DNA of 64,000 nt from Naegleria gruberi (taxonomy: Eukaryota). The stretch lies in the NCBI GenBank assembly GCA_000004985.1, contig GG738874.1; one strand, 5' to 3'. The notes below the pieces were generated by a model. It was not told where the DNA came from. It did not search any database and saw only the letters and a list, made by a program, of their open reading frames with translations. Positions within the stretch are counted from its first letter, which is position 1. Each line of letters opens with the position of its first letter. The translations under genes were made by a program, and so were the position numbers. Below are positions 23,984-34,960 of the stretch, piece after piece.

Positions 23984-24196
23984 ATGATGCAAAATGACCC
24001 TGTCTTGACTAAGCGAGAGAAGGTCAAACAACGAATGGACAATGAAATGTATTTGAGACAACATCCCGAACTTAATAAATTAATTTCAAAAGCAGTGGAA
24101 CACATTCTCGTCAAGAAACCAGAAGCTAGTGACTTGCATGAAGAATTGTGCAACTTTTTCAAACAACCAAATGTGAGAGATCTTTGCAAGGAATAA
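23984..24196 (+). CDS. small protein (about 70 aa) with RIIa/Dpy-30-like dimerisation motif; hypothetical
   Basis: ORF 23909..24196; the first ATG at 23984 sits in an AAAAAAAATGATG context. The segment YLRQHPELNKLISKAVEHILVKKPEASDLHEELCNFF resembles the RIIa/Dpy-30 helix-turn-helix pattern. The call rests on this weak motif only. Confidence 0.4.
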   Translation: MMQNDPVLTKREKVKQRMDNEMYLRQHPELNKLISKAVEHILVKKPEASDLHEELCNFFKQPNVRDLCKE

Positions 24197-24229
24197 AGTT
24201 AATAGAGTTTTTATGTACATAATATATTC

Positions 24230-25970
24230 TTAATCAAAATAGTCTTCACTATATTCTTCTTCTTGGTCATTGGTTGTTTTAGCTGTTTGCTTGAAAACAG
24301 TGGAAAAGTAAGTTGGAAGGGCTTTTTGTTGGAGTTTCTCGCATTCATCTGTAAAGAAGTGGAATTGTTCCAGAATTTCTTGTTTGAGGGTACCTCTTGG
24401 AATGGAAAGGGAGAAGAATTTATGTTTGAGCAATTCACTTGCTTTTGGACGATCAGCTGGATTACTATATTTGTATAATAATAAAGGTGTAAATATATAT
24501 TAATATGAATAAAAAAACAACTGTACTTACACTTTGAGACAATTCGTAATAAGATCTTTCAATTCTTCTGAAACTTGCAATTCTGGTATGACCTTTGTTG
24601 GTAATGTATCTAAATTCTTCACAATAAAATCAGTCAATCTATATTCGCTGTAAAGTGCTTCTGGATCAGAATCTGAATTTTCAGAATGTCCAGTTGATGA
24701 TAAAATACTCTTTCTAAATTCTCGTTCCCAAATATTGTATCCGAAAATCATTTCCAAAATACACATACCCAAACTCCAAATATCAGGTGCATGAGATCGT
24801 TTATAGGATGGATCTCCCTTTAACATTTCTGGACTACAGAATGTTAATGTTCCCACAACAGAGTTACGAGTTTGTGATAATGTTTGTCCTTTCTGTATAA
24901 CCTTTGCTTCGCCAAAGTCAGCAAGTTTGATTAAACCACCAGCTAACAAGAAATTGTCACATTTCAAGTCACGATGGTAAACATGTGTAGGTATCTCCTC
25001 GTGTATATATACTAAAGCTGATATAATTTGTTTAAGATAATCTTGAATTAAATCTTCAGTAAGACCTTTTCCAATACGTTTCAATACACTTTTCAGTGAT
25101 CCACCAAGCATTAATTCCATCATAATGTAGAAAAATTCTCCATTTTCATGATATCCAAAACATTTTACAATATTTGGATGTTCCAACGATTGCATTACCT
25201 GAATTTCCTTTTCAATTTTTTCCTTGTATTCCTTTTGCTATATACAAGTTAAAGATCAACAATTTTCAAATAGCAATACTTACTCCTTTAGAGACGTGTA
25301 TCTTTTTAACGGCCATTGTCTTGGAGTGAATCTTATCATAGACCATTTTAACTTCTCCGAATGCACCAGAACCCAACAATTTCATCTCAATCCAACCCAT
25401 CTGTTCTTCAAAACTAACGAGTGGTTTGTTGAGTTCTAAACGTAATTTGATAGGTTTAGAAGATAACTTTTCTTTACATGATTTGATTTGATTCATAGTC
25501 TCTGCAACAACATAAACCTCCACTTTCGGATCATAGACATCCAATCTAACACTTGTTGATTCATCAATATTGAATATTTGTTTACAGATTTGCATAGCAT
25601 CCTCTACACTTCCTCTCATGTTAATATTAGCAAATTTGTTTGCTTCCCCAAAGGACACTAGACACTTTTTCTCTTTCGGTGGCTTATTACTACTTTGACT
25701 CTTCTCATCAGGATCATCTATAATTTTAATTGTATCAAAAACCTTCTCGATTTCTCTTTCCGTTAAAATTGGTGTTGTTGGAGTTTGCTTTTTTAATGAA
25801 GGCGATCTAGCCGAAGGTGAAGAGCCTGACAAATTATTAGAGCTTCCTCCCAACACAGTATCCCTCTGTGGTATTCTAATATCAACTTCATCGGCCTCAG
25901 CTGATTTACTCTGCAGAGTGAGCGTCTTGTTACTACTGCTAATATTGATAAAATTTAGGAGGCGAACCAT
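24230..25970 (-). CDS. Ser/Thr protein kinase with about 200-aa N-terminal regulatory region; 3 exons (minus): 25284..25970, 24531..25237, 24230..24464
   Basis: Exon 1 is MVRLLN... ending in the Gly-loop LGSGAFGEV and AVKKI (VAIK-like), in phase 0 before GTAAGT. Exon 2 is QKEYKEKIEKEIQVMQSLEHPNIV...HRDLKCDNFLL...DFGEA...GTLTFCSPE...DIWSLG, ending in phase 2 (...LKV). Exon 3 is NPADRPKASELLKHKFF.... Introns are 25238..25283 and 24465..24530. About 542 aa. The DFG+1 (DFGEA) and the SPE-for-APE motif are atypical. Confidence 0.85.
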
Positions 25971-26313
25971 TTTTTTCTTCTCTTTGTGGTGGTAGCGGAA
26001 AAAGAGAGTTTGTGTTTTCCTTTTTTTTAGCTATGAAAAATGTTGATGTGTGGTATTGCGATATCTTCATCATCATTCGATCGGAAGGGAAAGGAAATGA
26101 TCTCTCTTGTTGTTGAAGAGGAAAATCAGGTTGAGAGAATAATTGTTAGAGGTGCTTGTTTGATATTTACACTTGATGGTCAAGTTGTAGTTGCTGGATT
26201 TATAAATTTAGATGAGAAATTGTTGGAAACGTTGATTGCATCAATATTAATTATTATTTAATAATTTTGTAATTACAGAGATATTACTAAGAATAGAGAT
26301 TGACATAATCTTG

Positions 26314-27519
26314 TTATTGTTGATTCAATTCGTTCAATTCCTTTGGATAAATCAATCCATGAACAGATCTGATTTCATCCATAATTTCCATAACAGAGAT
26401 GGTTTCACTGAGTGGCATAATTGGACTCTCAATGTTACCTTGTTGGATCATTTCCAAAATGTGTTTAATTTCATAGAAAAATCCAGTACCTTCCTGATAA
26501 TCAACACCCTTTCCAGAAAATTCAAAAGTTTCAGATGTAGATTTGATGAGGGAGAAACTGACAGGTCTGTGGAATGAATTATTCACCACAATCATTCCAT
26601 CAGTTCCAGAAATTTCCAAAGTTCTTGTACATTCATTGACAAAGGTAGAATTGAAGGTACCAAAGATTGGTTTTCCATTTTCGTGTTGGAATTCAATTAA
26701 TCCACTACACTGATCGTCTGTCTTGGTTTCTGGATTAATGTGCATGCTTGATTGGACTTTGGAGAGTTTGTAACCAAGAGAGGATGTAATCATTGAGATG
26801 GCAGAAATACAGTACACTCCACAATCCAAAAGAGCTCCACCTCCCAGGTCAATATTATACAATCGATGATTCTTATCTGAATTACGTTTCTCTCCAACAA
26901 ATCCCAAACTCACATTGATATTTCTCACTTGTCCAATCTTGCCCTCTTGAATGAGTTGTATAATCCTTCTTGAGACTGGGAAGAATCTTGTCCACTGTTA
27001 TTTTCCAAGTGGTTGAATCAAAAGAAGAGGTCATTTTTACAATGAGATAATCAAAAACTAACAACCTACCATTCCTTCCATCAAAAAGACATTATTTTTC
27101 CTTGCCAACTCAACCAATTCCTTTGCCTCTTTTGCATTAATTGTAAATGCCTTTTCACACAAGACATGCTTTTTAGCTCTTAACTGGTTCGAAATCAAAT
27201 TCAATATGTGTAAAACCTACTCTAAAGCCATTTTACAATGTTCATAGTGAAAGTAGTGAGGTGATGCCACGTAGACAATATCAACATTTTCATCAGAGAA
27301 AAATTCATCATAGGACGCATAAACTTTCATATCACCATCCTCTTGCTTGAGTTTTTCACCAAATTGTTTTCCTCTCTCCAAATCTCTCGATACAACTGCC
27401 ACTACTTGGACCGAATAATTTGGGCCATAATCATTCTTCAGCAATGATTCACAAAAAGTCATGGCAATAGCTCCGGTTGAAAGTATCCCGAATCGGAGTG
27501 TGAATGGCGTTTGAGACAT
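26314..27519 (-). CDS. Gfo/Idh/MocA family NAD(P)-dependent oxidoreductase (dihydrodiol-dehydrogenase-like); 3 exons (minus): 27221..27519, 27070..27178, 26314..26994
   Basis: The N-terminal Rossmann fold reads FGILSTGAIA...VVAVVSRDLERGKQF...VDIVYVASPHYFHYEHCKMAL. Splicing (GTAGGT donors; TTAAG and AATAACAG acceptors) gives ...MALE|AKKHVLCEKAF...VFLMEGM|WTRFFPV..., the family hallmark EKP/W.RF. The C-terminal domain is ...NIDLGGGALLDCGVYCISA. Phases are 2,0. 362 aa. Confidence 0.85.
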
Positions 27520-27632
27520 TTTTTTTTCTATTGTAATTGCTATGAGTATTTTCTTTGTAAAACAGAATCATCTCTAAACCTTTAATGAAAAGATTTCGTT
27601 CCACTAATTGTTATTTATCATATATGGAGTTA

Positions 27633-29810
27633 CTACTTCTTAATCATTGAAGAAATAGTCTTTTGTACAATGCCAGATCCAGAAATGTTGACTTTCGATG
27701 GGAACAGACTATCAAGGAATGGGATTAGTTGCAAATTGGCAAAGAATCTATAGTTTTCAACTGGTAATATGTCTGACAAGCTCTGTGAAAAGGAAGAGCA
27801 CACCTCTTTGAATTCTTGTTCCACTTCATTCAAATTCTTTGGTATTGTCTTATCGAAAATGCATTGTAGCATGGAGAGCATTGTTTCGAACATGTGCAGG
27901 CAAGCATAATTGGCATTGTTTCCAACTGGGCACTCTTCAGACAGATTTCGCATGAATTCCAGTGAATGCTTCAATAGGGGAATAAGTTGTTCAGTTGGTG
28001 GAATACCTTCGTAGGAGAGAATTGTATCTTTAGAAAGTAATTGATAATTAGTAACCTGAGTCAAAATGAGTAAAAACATCTTCTTGAAGAGGTCTCTCAC
28101 AGCTTGAGACATGTTGAAAAATGGTTTGGATTTAACGAATTGAGAAAAGCAAGGTGGGAAATAGTGCTTGGTAGTCTGAAGAAGTGAGTGATGAGTAACT
28201 TGATTCAAATCTAGGGAAGGAACATTAGTAAAGAAACCAAATTTATCCAGCACCATTTCTACAACGGTGTTGATATTGGTAGGATTGAGTGAAGACTTCA
28301 TACAATTGTTAAAATCTCTCAGGAGGGAATTGCTAAACAAGTAATTTGAAAGAGAAGAATCAAAGATTTCCTTCAATTCTTGGGATATCTGTACAGAGGA
28401 TGGATTGAAAATGTTTCCTTGAATGTATTGAACCATACTTTGAGGAACACATCTATTCATACAAATAAATAAGGTAATGAGAAATACTGAAATGTCGTTG
28501 CATGGTTGTTTGAGTTGGAATTGAATCATCTTCTTGATGAGGAAGGAAATTGTCTTGGAATTGGTTTGAAGAACATTGTAGAGTGGTACAATTTCCTCAG
28601 GACAAATCACTTCAAACTTTTGATTTTGTTTGGTGAGGTTGACTCCAAACTCGTCGAGCAGTTCCTGGAACTCTTCCACGGAGGAGAACTTTGTGAAAAG
28701 TAAACTTGAGGCTTCTGTTTGTTCAGCAGTCAATTTGTGTGATACATTTCTGGAGATGTGTTTGTAATTTTCAACAGAGAATTGGCTGTATTGCTCAACC
28801 TTTTGTGAGAGACTTTCAAATGATTCTCCATTCTTGAATTCTCTTCTCAATACTTTTGCAATATCGAAAATGTAAAATCTTTGAATTTCCTCTGGTAAGG
28901 TAGTATAGAGATAGACCTTTAGGAAATCTTCATTAGATTCTTGAGAATCAAGAATTGAAACATCAATATCAGTGATACCTTCATCTTCCAACATCTTTTT
29001 CATACTCTCCATCTTTTGCTTATTCGTAGGAGTTTGTTGTTCCTTTTCCAATTGTCTCTTAGTTGATTCTTCCTCGAGTTGTCTAATTTGTTCATTCAAT
29101 TCCTTGTTAATTTGTTGAATTTTGAAACTTTCAGCCACTTCCCTTTTATGTTCTTCAAGTAATCTCTTCTCAGCCTCATAATCAAAGGACATGACATTGC
29201 CAAATGAAAAATCAATGACAGGCTTGTTTTCTGAAGGCTTACAAAACTGTGCATAACAATCATCATTGAATAAATCCATGCTATCTTCAGTATTTACAGG
29301 TGAAAGCTTGTTAGAGGTTTGTGACATTTCAATCATTACTTCATCCACAACTTGTGCTTCTGAATAAGATTCGGAAGGCTTGATCACTTCCTCAATATTC
29401 TTCTCATTGCTTCGATCATCAGCTCTAGATTCCAAAGATGATGAAGATGACAAAGATAATGATAAGGAAGTTGTCGAATCAGAGGACAATTCGTCCATAA
29501 TAATGACATTCTGTTGTATGTTGAGTGGTACTGGCGATTCAACAGATGATTCATCATCCAATACAACTTCTTCAATAGGAGGAGGAGCAGAGAAGGCTTC
29601 CACAACAATAGCCTTTGTTTCTTCAACTTCAATCTTTCTCACTTTTGGTTTGGAGAAGAAGGTGTCGAGCCTGAGTTGTTTAGTGTCGTCCTTCTTGGGA
29701 GTGTTGGATCGGGAGGGTGAGACAAGGCTTGATTTTCTCTTCTTGTTGTTTGCAGTGGGCGATTTGAGTGCAGACTTTGGTGGCATTTTTTTTGATGTAA
29801 TTTGAAACAT
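27633..29810 (-). CDS. hypothetical 700+ aa protein with N-terminal PIP-box-like motif (QLRLDTFF); no recognised domains
   Basis: Continuous ORF. There are two candidate ATGs (29810 MFQITSKK..., 29786 MPPKS...); the second has an AAAAAAAATG context. Residues about 40-47 read KQLRLDTFFSKPK, which matches Q-x-x-[LIM]-x-x-[FY]-[FY] followed by basic residues. The N-terminal half is Ser/Lys-rich and disordered; the C-terminal roughly 450 aa look helical. Confidence 0.55.
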   Translation of the reverse strand: MFQITSKKMPPKSALKSPTANNKKRKSSLVSPSRSNTPKKDDTKQLRLDTFFSKPKVRKIEVEETKAIVVEAFSAPPPIEEVVLDDESSVESPVPLNIQQNVIIMDELSSDSTTSLSLSLSSSSSLESRADDRSNEKNIEEVIKPSESYSEAQVVDEVMIEMSQTSNKLSPVNTEDSMDLFNDDCYAQFCKPSENKPVIDFSFGNVMSFDYEAEKRLLEEHKREVAESFKIQQINKELNEQIRQLEEESTKRQLEKEQQTPTNKQKMESMKKMLEDEGITDIDVSILDSQESNEDFLKVYLYTTLPEEIQRFYIFDIAKVLRREFKNGESFESLSQKVEQYSQFSVENYKHISRNVSHKLTAEQTEASSLLFTKFSSVEEFQELLDEFGVNLTKQNQKFEVICPEEIVPLYNVLQTNSKTISFLIKKMIQFQLKQPCNDISVFLITLFICMNRCVPQSMVQYIQGNIFNPSSVQISQELKEIFDSSLSNYLFSNSLLRDFNNCMKSSLNPTNINTVVEMVLDKFGFFTNVPSLDLNQVTHHSLLQTTKHYFPPCFSQFVKSKPFFNMSQAVRDLFKKMFLLILTQVTNYQLLSKDTILSYEGIPPTEQLIPLLKHSLEFMRNLSEECPVGNNANYACLHMFETMLSMLQCIFDKTIPKNLNEVEQEFKEVCSSFSQSLSDILPVENYRFFANLQLIPFLDSLFPSKVNISGSGIVQKTISSMIKK

Positions 29811-30544
29811 TTTTCATTTATTTAAAATTTTAAATGTAACGGTCAGATTTTTGAAACTGCCAAAATTCAGCAAGCCAAGATAACAACAAGATCATGTGAG
29901 GAGTTCTCAACTCTAAACTTGACTTTCCACAATTTAATCCAACAATTCCCTTTCAAATTATCTACACCGATATTATCGAATTCCAAAAAGGAAGGCCACC
30001 AATCGATTCTCGTCCAAAACAGCAAATTTTTTAAGCAATTACTCCACTCTACTTCCATCAAGTTAAAAAGAACGAACTCAATTTCCAACTCTCTGATAAC
30101 ATTAAATAAAAACAATTGAAACTCATAGAAGAAAACAAGCTAACCTCAAACAAGCAGAAAGAGAGTTTATGAGTTTCGTATTAGCAAACTAAAGAGAATT
30201 GTATTATTATTAGGGTAAGTTATCAAGTCAGTAATCTCTGAGCAAAACAACAAACTTCGTCATCATATTCAATTTGGAAATTTTATTTCAATATTAATAA
30301 CAATTAACCGCGCCGTCACTTATCTTTCGTATTTCTTCTACTTTGACTACTCTCAATTTGAATATCAAATAATGTCAACTGATGTTTTTTTGATGGAATG
30401 TGTATTGAAATATAATGTATCAAAACGGTATCATCTCTAGTCATTTGTGAATCTACTCACCCAACTATTAATGTCTGCATTGGAAGAAACTCTTTCGAAT
30501 ATCTCTTCATTCAACTAAAAAACAAATAAGCAACAACAATAAGA

Positions 30545-32174
30545 ATGACCAACAACACTCAGACTTCGCCACCACCTGAGGCTGGTTCTCCAGAATCTAA
30601 TAGACCTTCATCGCCAATGAATTCTTCCACCACTACTTCTTCATATTTAAATGACAATAATTCATCACCACCTTTGGAAGGAGCAACTAATCAAACTAAG
30701 AACACAACGACTGCATCTTCGCCTCCTATTCATATCTCAACAACAGATACATCCTATTGGAAACAAAACAAATGTTTCGTCTAATGTTTCCATTAAGAAA
30801 GTAGTAACCATTGCATCACCTTCTTCAGTAAACAAACCACCAGCTCAATCACAAGCTGGTATTGTCAATCAGAGCGAAAGTGGTAGATCAGGAGGTTCTT
30901 TCAGTCACAGTAAAATCACCGTACGAACATGTTGTGGTGTGGTTGAGTTGACTTCAATGAAATTAGCTTGTTTACTTGGTATGATGGTTACAGTAATTGG
31001 TTTATTAGTTTTGGCAGCTGTTGCCATTGCTGCCTTTGTTACTGCTAGCTCAAAAGCAACCGACATTTTGATTGCTGTTGGTAAAGCTACAACTATATTC
31101 GAAAGTTCAAATTCAATGGTTCTGAAATATACCTATACTGGATATTCATATGATGGTCAGAATATTGTCGTTCAGGAACAGTATAAGAATTCATCAACAA
31201 CTATGAAAATACTCCTTCAATCAATTTTTAAGAATTTGGACGATTCTACCATTCAAACCATGTTCAATTCGACTGTTATTGAATCTTCCAATTCATTGGA
31301 TTCACAGAATTCTCAAATTTTATTAATGATTGGTTACAATCAACAGAGTGATGCCATTACAAGAATTAATTCAGATACCTATTCCACTATTTTGTCAACT
31401 TTCCAAGATGGTTTGGATAAGTTGGTGACATTTGTGCAACAATCTGAAAAGAACAAAGACACGAGTGTGTTGGCAATTACTTTGGTTCAATTGATTGTCA
31501 TTGCTATTTCATTATTTGTCATTTTGCCAATCATTGTGTTTGTCTTTACTTATGCCATCAATCGTGACTCTTTGTATTTGGAGAAGATTCGTCGTGCCAA
31601 TGCCATCATGTTGATGGACACTATGGAGGATGATGGATTGAGAACATTATTTAAGATACATTGTGAAAAGGAAAAGTCAACTGAAAACTTTTTACTTTTG
31701 GAAAAGATTCAATATTATAGATCATTGTGTGAACGTTCATTGGATTTACAAATGAGATTATTTGGTGATGCCAATATGTTGAGTGATGTTTCGAGTGATA
31801 TTTCAGCAGAATCTGCTCATTCTACAAAGAAGAGGAGGGAATCTCCACTCGAAAAGGAATACACAGAAATTGAAGCTAAAAAGTATGAAGTTGCTTTTGA
31901 GATATTTACTGAATTTTTGGAAGTTACTGGTGATATGGCTGTCAATATTTCTCATGTTCTAACTGATTCTGTTAAGGATAAGCTTGATAAGTATAACGAC
32001 AAGCAAATTGAAACACTTCCCGATGATATGTTCAATATTTTGGAGAAGGAAACTTGTTTGGTAATGATGGATACTCACCACAGGTTTAAGCAATCACTTG
32101 CTTTCCAACGTGAAATGAAGATTGATAAGATTAAGATTGACAAACTGAAAAAGAAGAGAAATGTAGATTTTTAA
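30545..32174 (+). CDS. membrane-anchored RGS (regulator of G-protein signalling) domain protein, paralog 1; frame discontinuity near 30770-30790
   Basis: The N-terminal S/T/N-rich ORF (30545..30784, ATG 30545) is +1 out of frame with the main ORF (30651..32174). The main ORF has CCGVVELTSMKLACLLGMMVTVIGLLVLAAVAIAAF (a TM anchor), an extracellular/luminal S/T-rich stretch, and a second TM (LVQLIVIAISLFVILPIIVFVFTY). The RGS core is FKIHCEKEKSTENFLLLEKIQYYRSL (compare FxxFLxSEFSEENLEFWLA). It shares 60-80% identity over long blocks with the gene at 59303..60889. Confidence 0.75.
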
Positions 32175-32324
32175 TATAAAGCAAATAAAAACTTTTAGTG
32201 ATAATTAGTGGGCATTCCCAAGTTTAAACATCTACAGCCTACAAATGTACTTACATCTCAATCTGGCCATTTCAATCTTCCAATCTAAATCCAAACACAA
32301 TATTTTCTCACGTTAGAATTTGGT

Positions 32325-34364
32325 TTATTTACAAAAACATGTTAGGTCAGTGAATTTACAGGTTATATCTTGGTTAGAATCAGAACAGAAACGAAAGAGA
32401 TTCTCTCTCATTCGTTTAGTGTACTTGCAGGTGAGTCCATCTATTTGTTCTTCATTGCTCAGGTAGGAATAATAGTCCAAAGATTCAATAGTTCTTTGAA
32501 CTTCGTCCTCTTTGAGTTCAATATCAATACTATTATCATAGTAATTGGGAATGAGGGAGAGGAAACAACGTTGTTGTCCTCTCACTAGATAAATCAATCT
32601 ATCAGATGTTGCTCTTTCCATTGCCATGTTCAAAATTCGTTTGAAAAGTACTTCAACTTGTTCAACAAATTTTTCCTCAGAAAGCAGGAAGAACCTATAA
32701 CATAGGAGATAGAATTTTTCATTCATACTCTTAAAGATTGAAAAATTGTTAGGGTGTAATGAGATTGCTCTAGAGAAGAGTGTTTCAGATCGCTTATCCT
32801 CACCATCCTTATAGAGACAATAGCCAAGTATTGAGAGGAGAACTGGATTGAATTTACCTTCCACTGGGAATAATCTCATTACTTTGGTAAGATTATTTGC
32901 TACAAGGTTGGATTCACCCAGAGCACACTCAATCGATCCACAGAAAGATCCACGTCCATTCAGTAGAAATGAGTCCTGAAAGTATTGTTCAGGGAGGGAA
33001 ATTCTCTTATTGGATAGGTTAATGACCTCTCTTGGAGATTTAATCTTGGCAAAAATGTTGGCTTCTTTGAGAGATTTGAGTGATATCTGGTTCATCTTTT
33101 TGAGAGTATGGCCACCACTATCATGGAATACCAAATCGTGAATTTTGGCTCTCAACATGAGTTCTTCATCAGATGAAGTGCAGTTTGGTTGTTGGGGATG
33201 GTAATTTGAAACTGAGGATGAAGTATTGGTCAACTGTTCTAAAGTGTGACAAACGAGTGCAATTTGACACAGTACTCTCGATGGAATCAAATTACCAAAG
33301 GCCATACTCTTACACAGATATCTATATTGCATACGGAGTTGATCTGGTGGTACTGTTTCTGTGGAGACTTGTTGGCAATTCGATGCAATATATTGTAATC
33401 GCCACAATTCTCCCATTGTAACATCTCTATGGTGTTGGTAAATGAAATTAATATCCTTCTCGAAGTTATGTTGAAAGATGTGTTGCTGGTTGTGGTCTTT
33501 CATTTTACGAAGTGAGACAAAATCCAAATGAGAATGTTGTGAATGATTCAATGTTGAAGAATGATTTCTAGTATTTGTTCTGTGGTGATGTCGAGAACAA
33601 TTAAGCTTGGAGTAAACTTCCTCTCCAAGAGCTATTCCCTTTGAGGATGTCTTTTTCATTTCCTCAAAGTTTCCACAAATGTAATACTCTACTGAATCAA
33701 TCCATAATTCAATCCTCTTCAATATACTCTCCTGTGTTTGTTGTTGGACTTTTAGTGGAGAGAAGTGTATTACTGTTCCTTCCTCTTGATGGTTCTCTTT
33801 TGAATTCTGATACGATAGTGCAACCAATTTCATTTGTTTCAAATAATCTCTGGCAATTTCTATATAGTGCAGTGCTTCTTTTAATCTTTCTCTACACGGA
33901 CTCAACAATTCATTTCTCAGAGTTTCATCATGAATTGTATCTCCCAAAATCTGAGCATACAATAAGGGAGCAAGAAAATGTTTCTCCTCCTCTTTCGAAT
34001 ATTTACAAGTGGCTTGCTTTAAACATCCCAATGCAGATTCAATTTCCAACCTTTCGTATTGAATAATTGCTTCATCAATTAGTTTCCTATACTCCTCAAT
34101 CATTAAATTCCTCTTCTTCTTTCCATCAAATGCATTGATTGTATTACTGGTACAAACAGCAGTATTATGATGTATTGAATGATTAGAATGTTTCGTTAGG
34201 AGACAAGCAGAAGAAGAAGAAGAACCATAACATTGAAACAGAATTAAAAGAGGATCATCATGTGGACAACAATTACAATGATTTTTCGTAAAATCAAAAT
34301 AGAAAGGATTCAAATAGTGTTGGGATAGAATAACTCGAGAGGGTGAAGTAGGCGTTCTTCTCAT
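32325..34364 (-). CDS. hypothetical 679-aa protein, Cys/His-rich N-terminus, no recognised family
   Basis: Continuous ORF with ATG at plus 34362-34364. The N-terminus is NHCNCCPHDDP...; there are several His-rich stretches; the C-terminal half looks helical. Sequence alone gives no homology handle. Confidence 0.5.
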   Translation of the reverse strand: MRRTPTSPSRVILSQHYLNPFYFDFTKNHCNCCPHDDPLLILFQCYGSSSSSACLLTKHSNHSIHHNTAVCTSNTINAFDGKKKRNLMIEEYRKLIDEAIIQYERLEIESALGCLKQATCKYSKEEEKHFLAPLLYAQILGDTIHDETLRNELLSPCRERLKEALHYIEIARDYLKQMKLVALSYQNSKENHQEEGTVIHFSPLKVQQQTQESILKRIELWIDSVEYYICGNFEEMKKTSSKGIALGEEVYSKLNCSRHHHRTNTRNHSSTLNHSQHSHLDFVSLRKMKDHNQQHIFQHNFEKDINFIYQHHRDVTMGELWRLQYIASNCQQVSTETVPPDQLRMQYRYLCKSMAFGNLIPSRVLCQIALVCHTLEQLTNTSSSVSNYHPQQPNCTSSDEELMLRAKIHDLVFHDSGGHTLKKMNQISLKSLKEANIFAKIKSPREVINLSNKRISLPEQYFQDSFLLNGRGSFCGSIECALGESNLVANNLTKVMRLFPVEGKFNPVLLSILGYCLYKDGEDKRSETLFSRAISLHPNNFSIFKSMNEKFYLLCYRFFLLSEEKFVEQVEVLFKRILNMAMERATSDRLIYLVRGQQRCFLSLIPNYYDNSIDIELKEDEVQRTIESLDYYSYLSNEEQIDGLTCKYTKRMRENLFRFCSDSNQDITCKFTDLTCFCK

Positions 34365-34960
34365 CTCTATGGCTCTTCAATATTTAAATCTTCTCGATCC
34401 GAAATGCTCTTTGATGTTCAAATCATCAAGAATCAAACTTTACCGCGCAGAGTTTTCGTTACGTAAAAGGCAGCAGTTTGAGAGTTTTCTTTTTTTCTTT
34501 TGAGGTTCTTGTTGTAGTTTTTGGTAGAAATGCATTTTGAGAAACGTGATAGGAAGGAATGAGACCAATTTATCTCTCTTGTTTAATGTCTCACTTTGTA
34601 AGATGATTTTTAATCAGCATCAGCATCATAGGAATGAAAAATAATAAAAATCAATGATGAAGAATTAGATTTGTTCCGATGTAGAAGAATATGTAATAAT
34701 TAGTGAAGGAAGAATATTGTTCTTCTTTTTAGAATAACATGTAAGAGTAGGAAGAAATAACTGATAGATTATGCACCCGCTTAAGAGGAGAAATTATCTT
34801 CAATTATTTTTAGAGTTGACCAATCGCGTAGATTTAAAATGTGGGTCCTAAATTCATTTGTTCATCTCAATTCATCAAAAAAAACATCAACACGACATCT
34901 TTGTCATCTTTGTATTAAACCAATCATCTTTAAAAATCATTTAAAAATACAACCACAACA

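Noticed and set aside
30782-30800. A 19-nt GT..AG segment that would repair the RGS paralog-1 frame
   Set aside because: It is far shorter than any other intron in the window (40-150 nt) and has no branch-site or poly-pyrimidine features.
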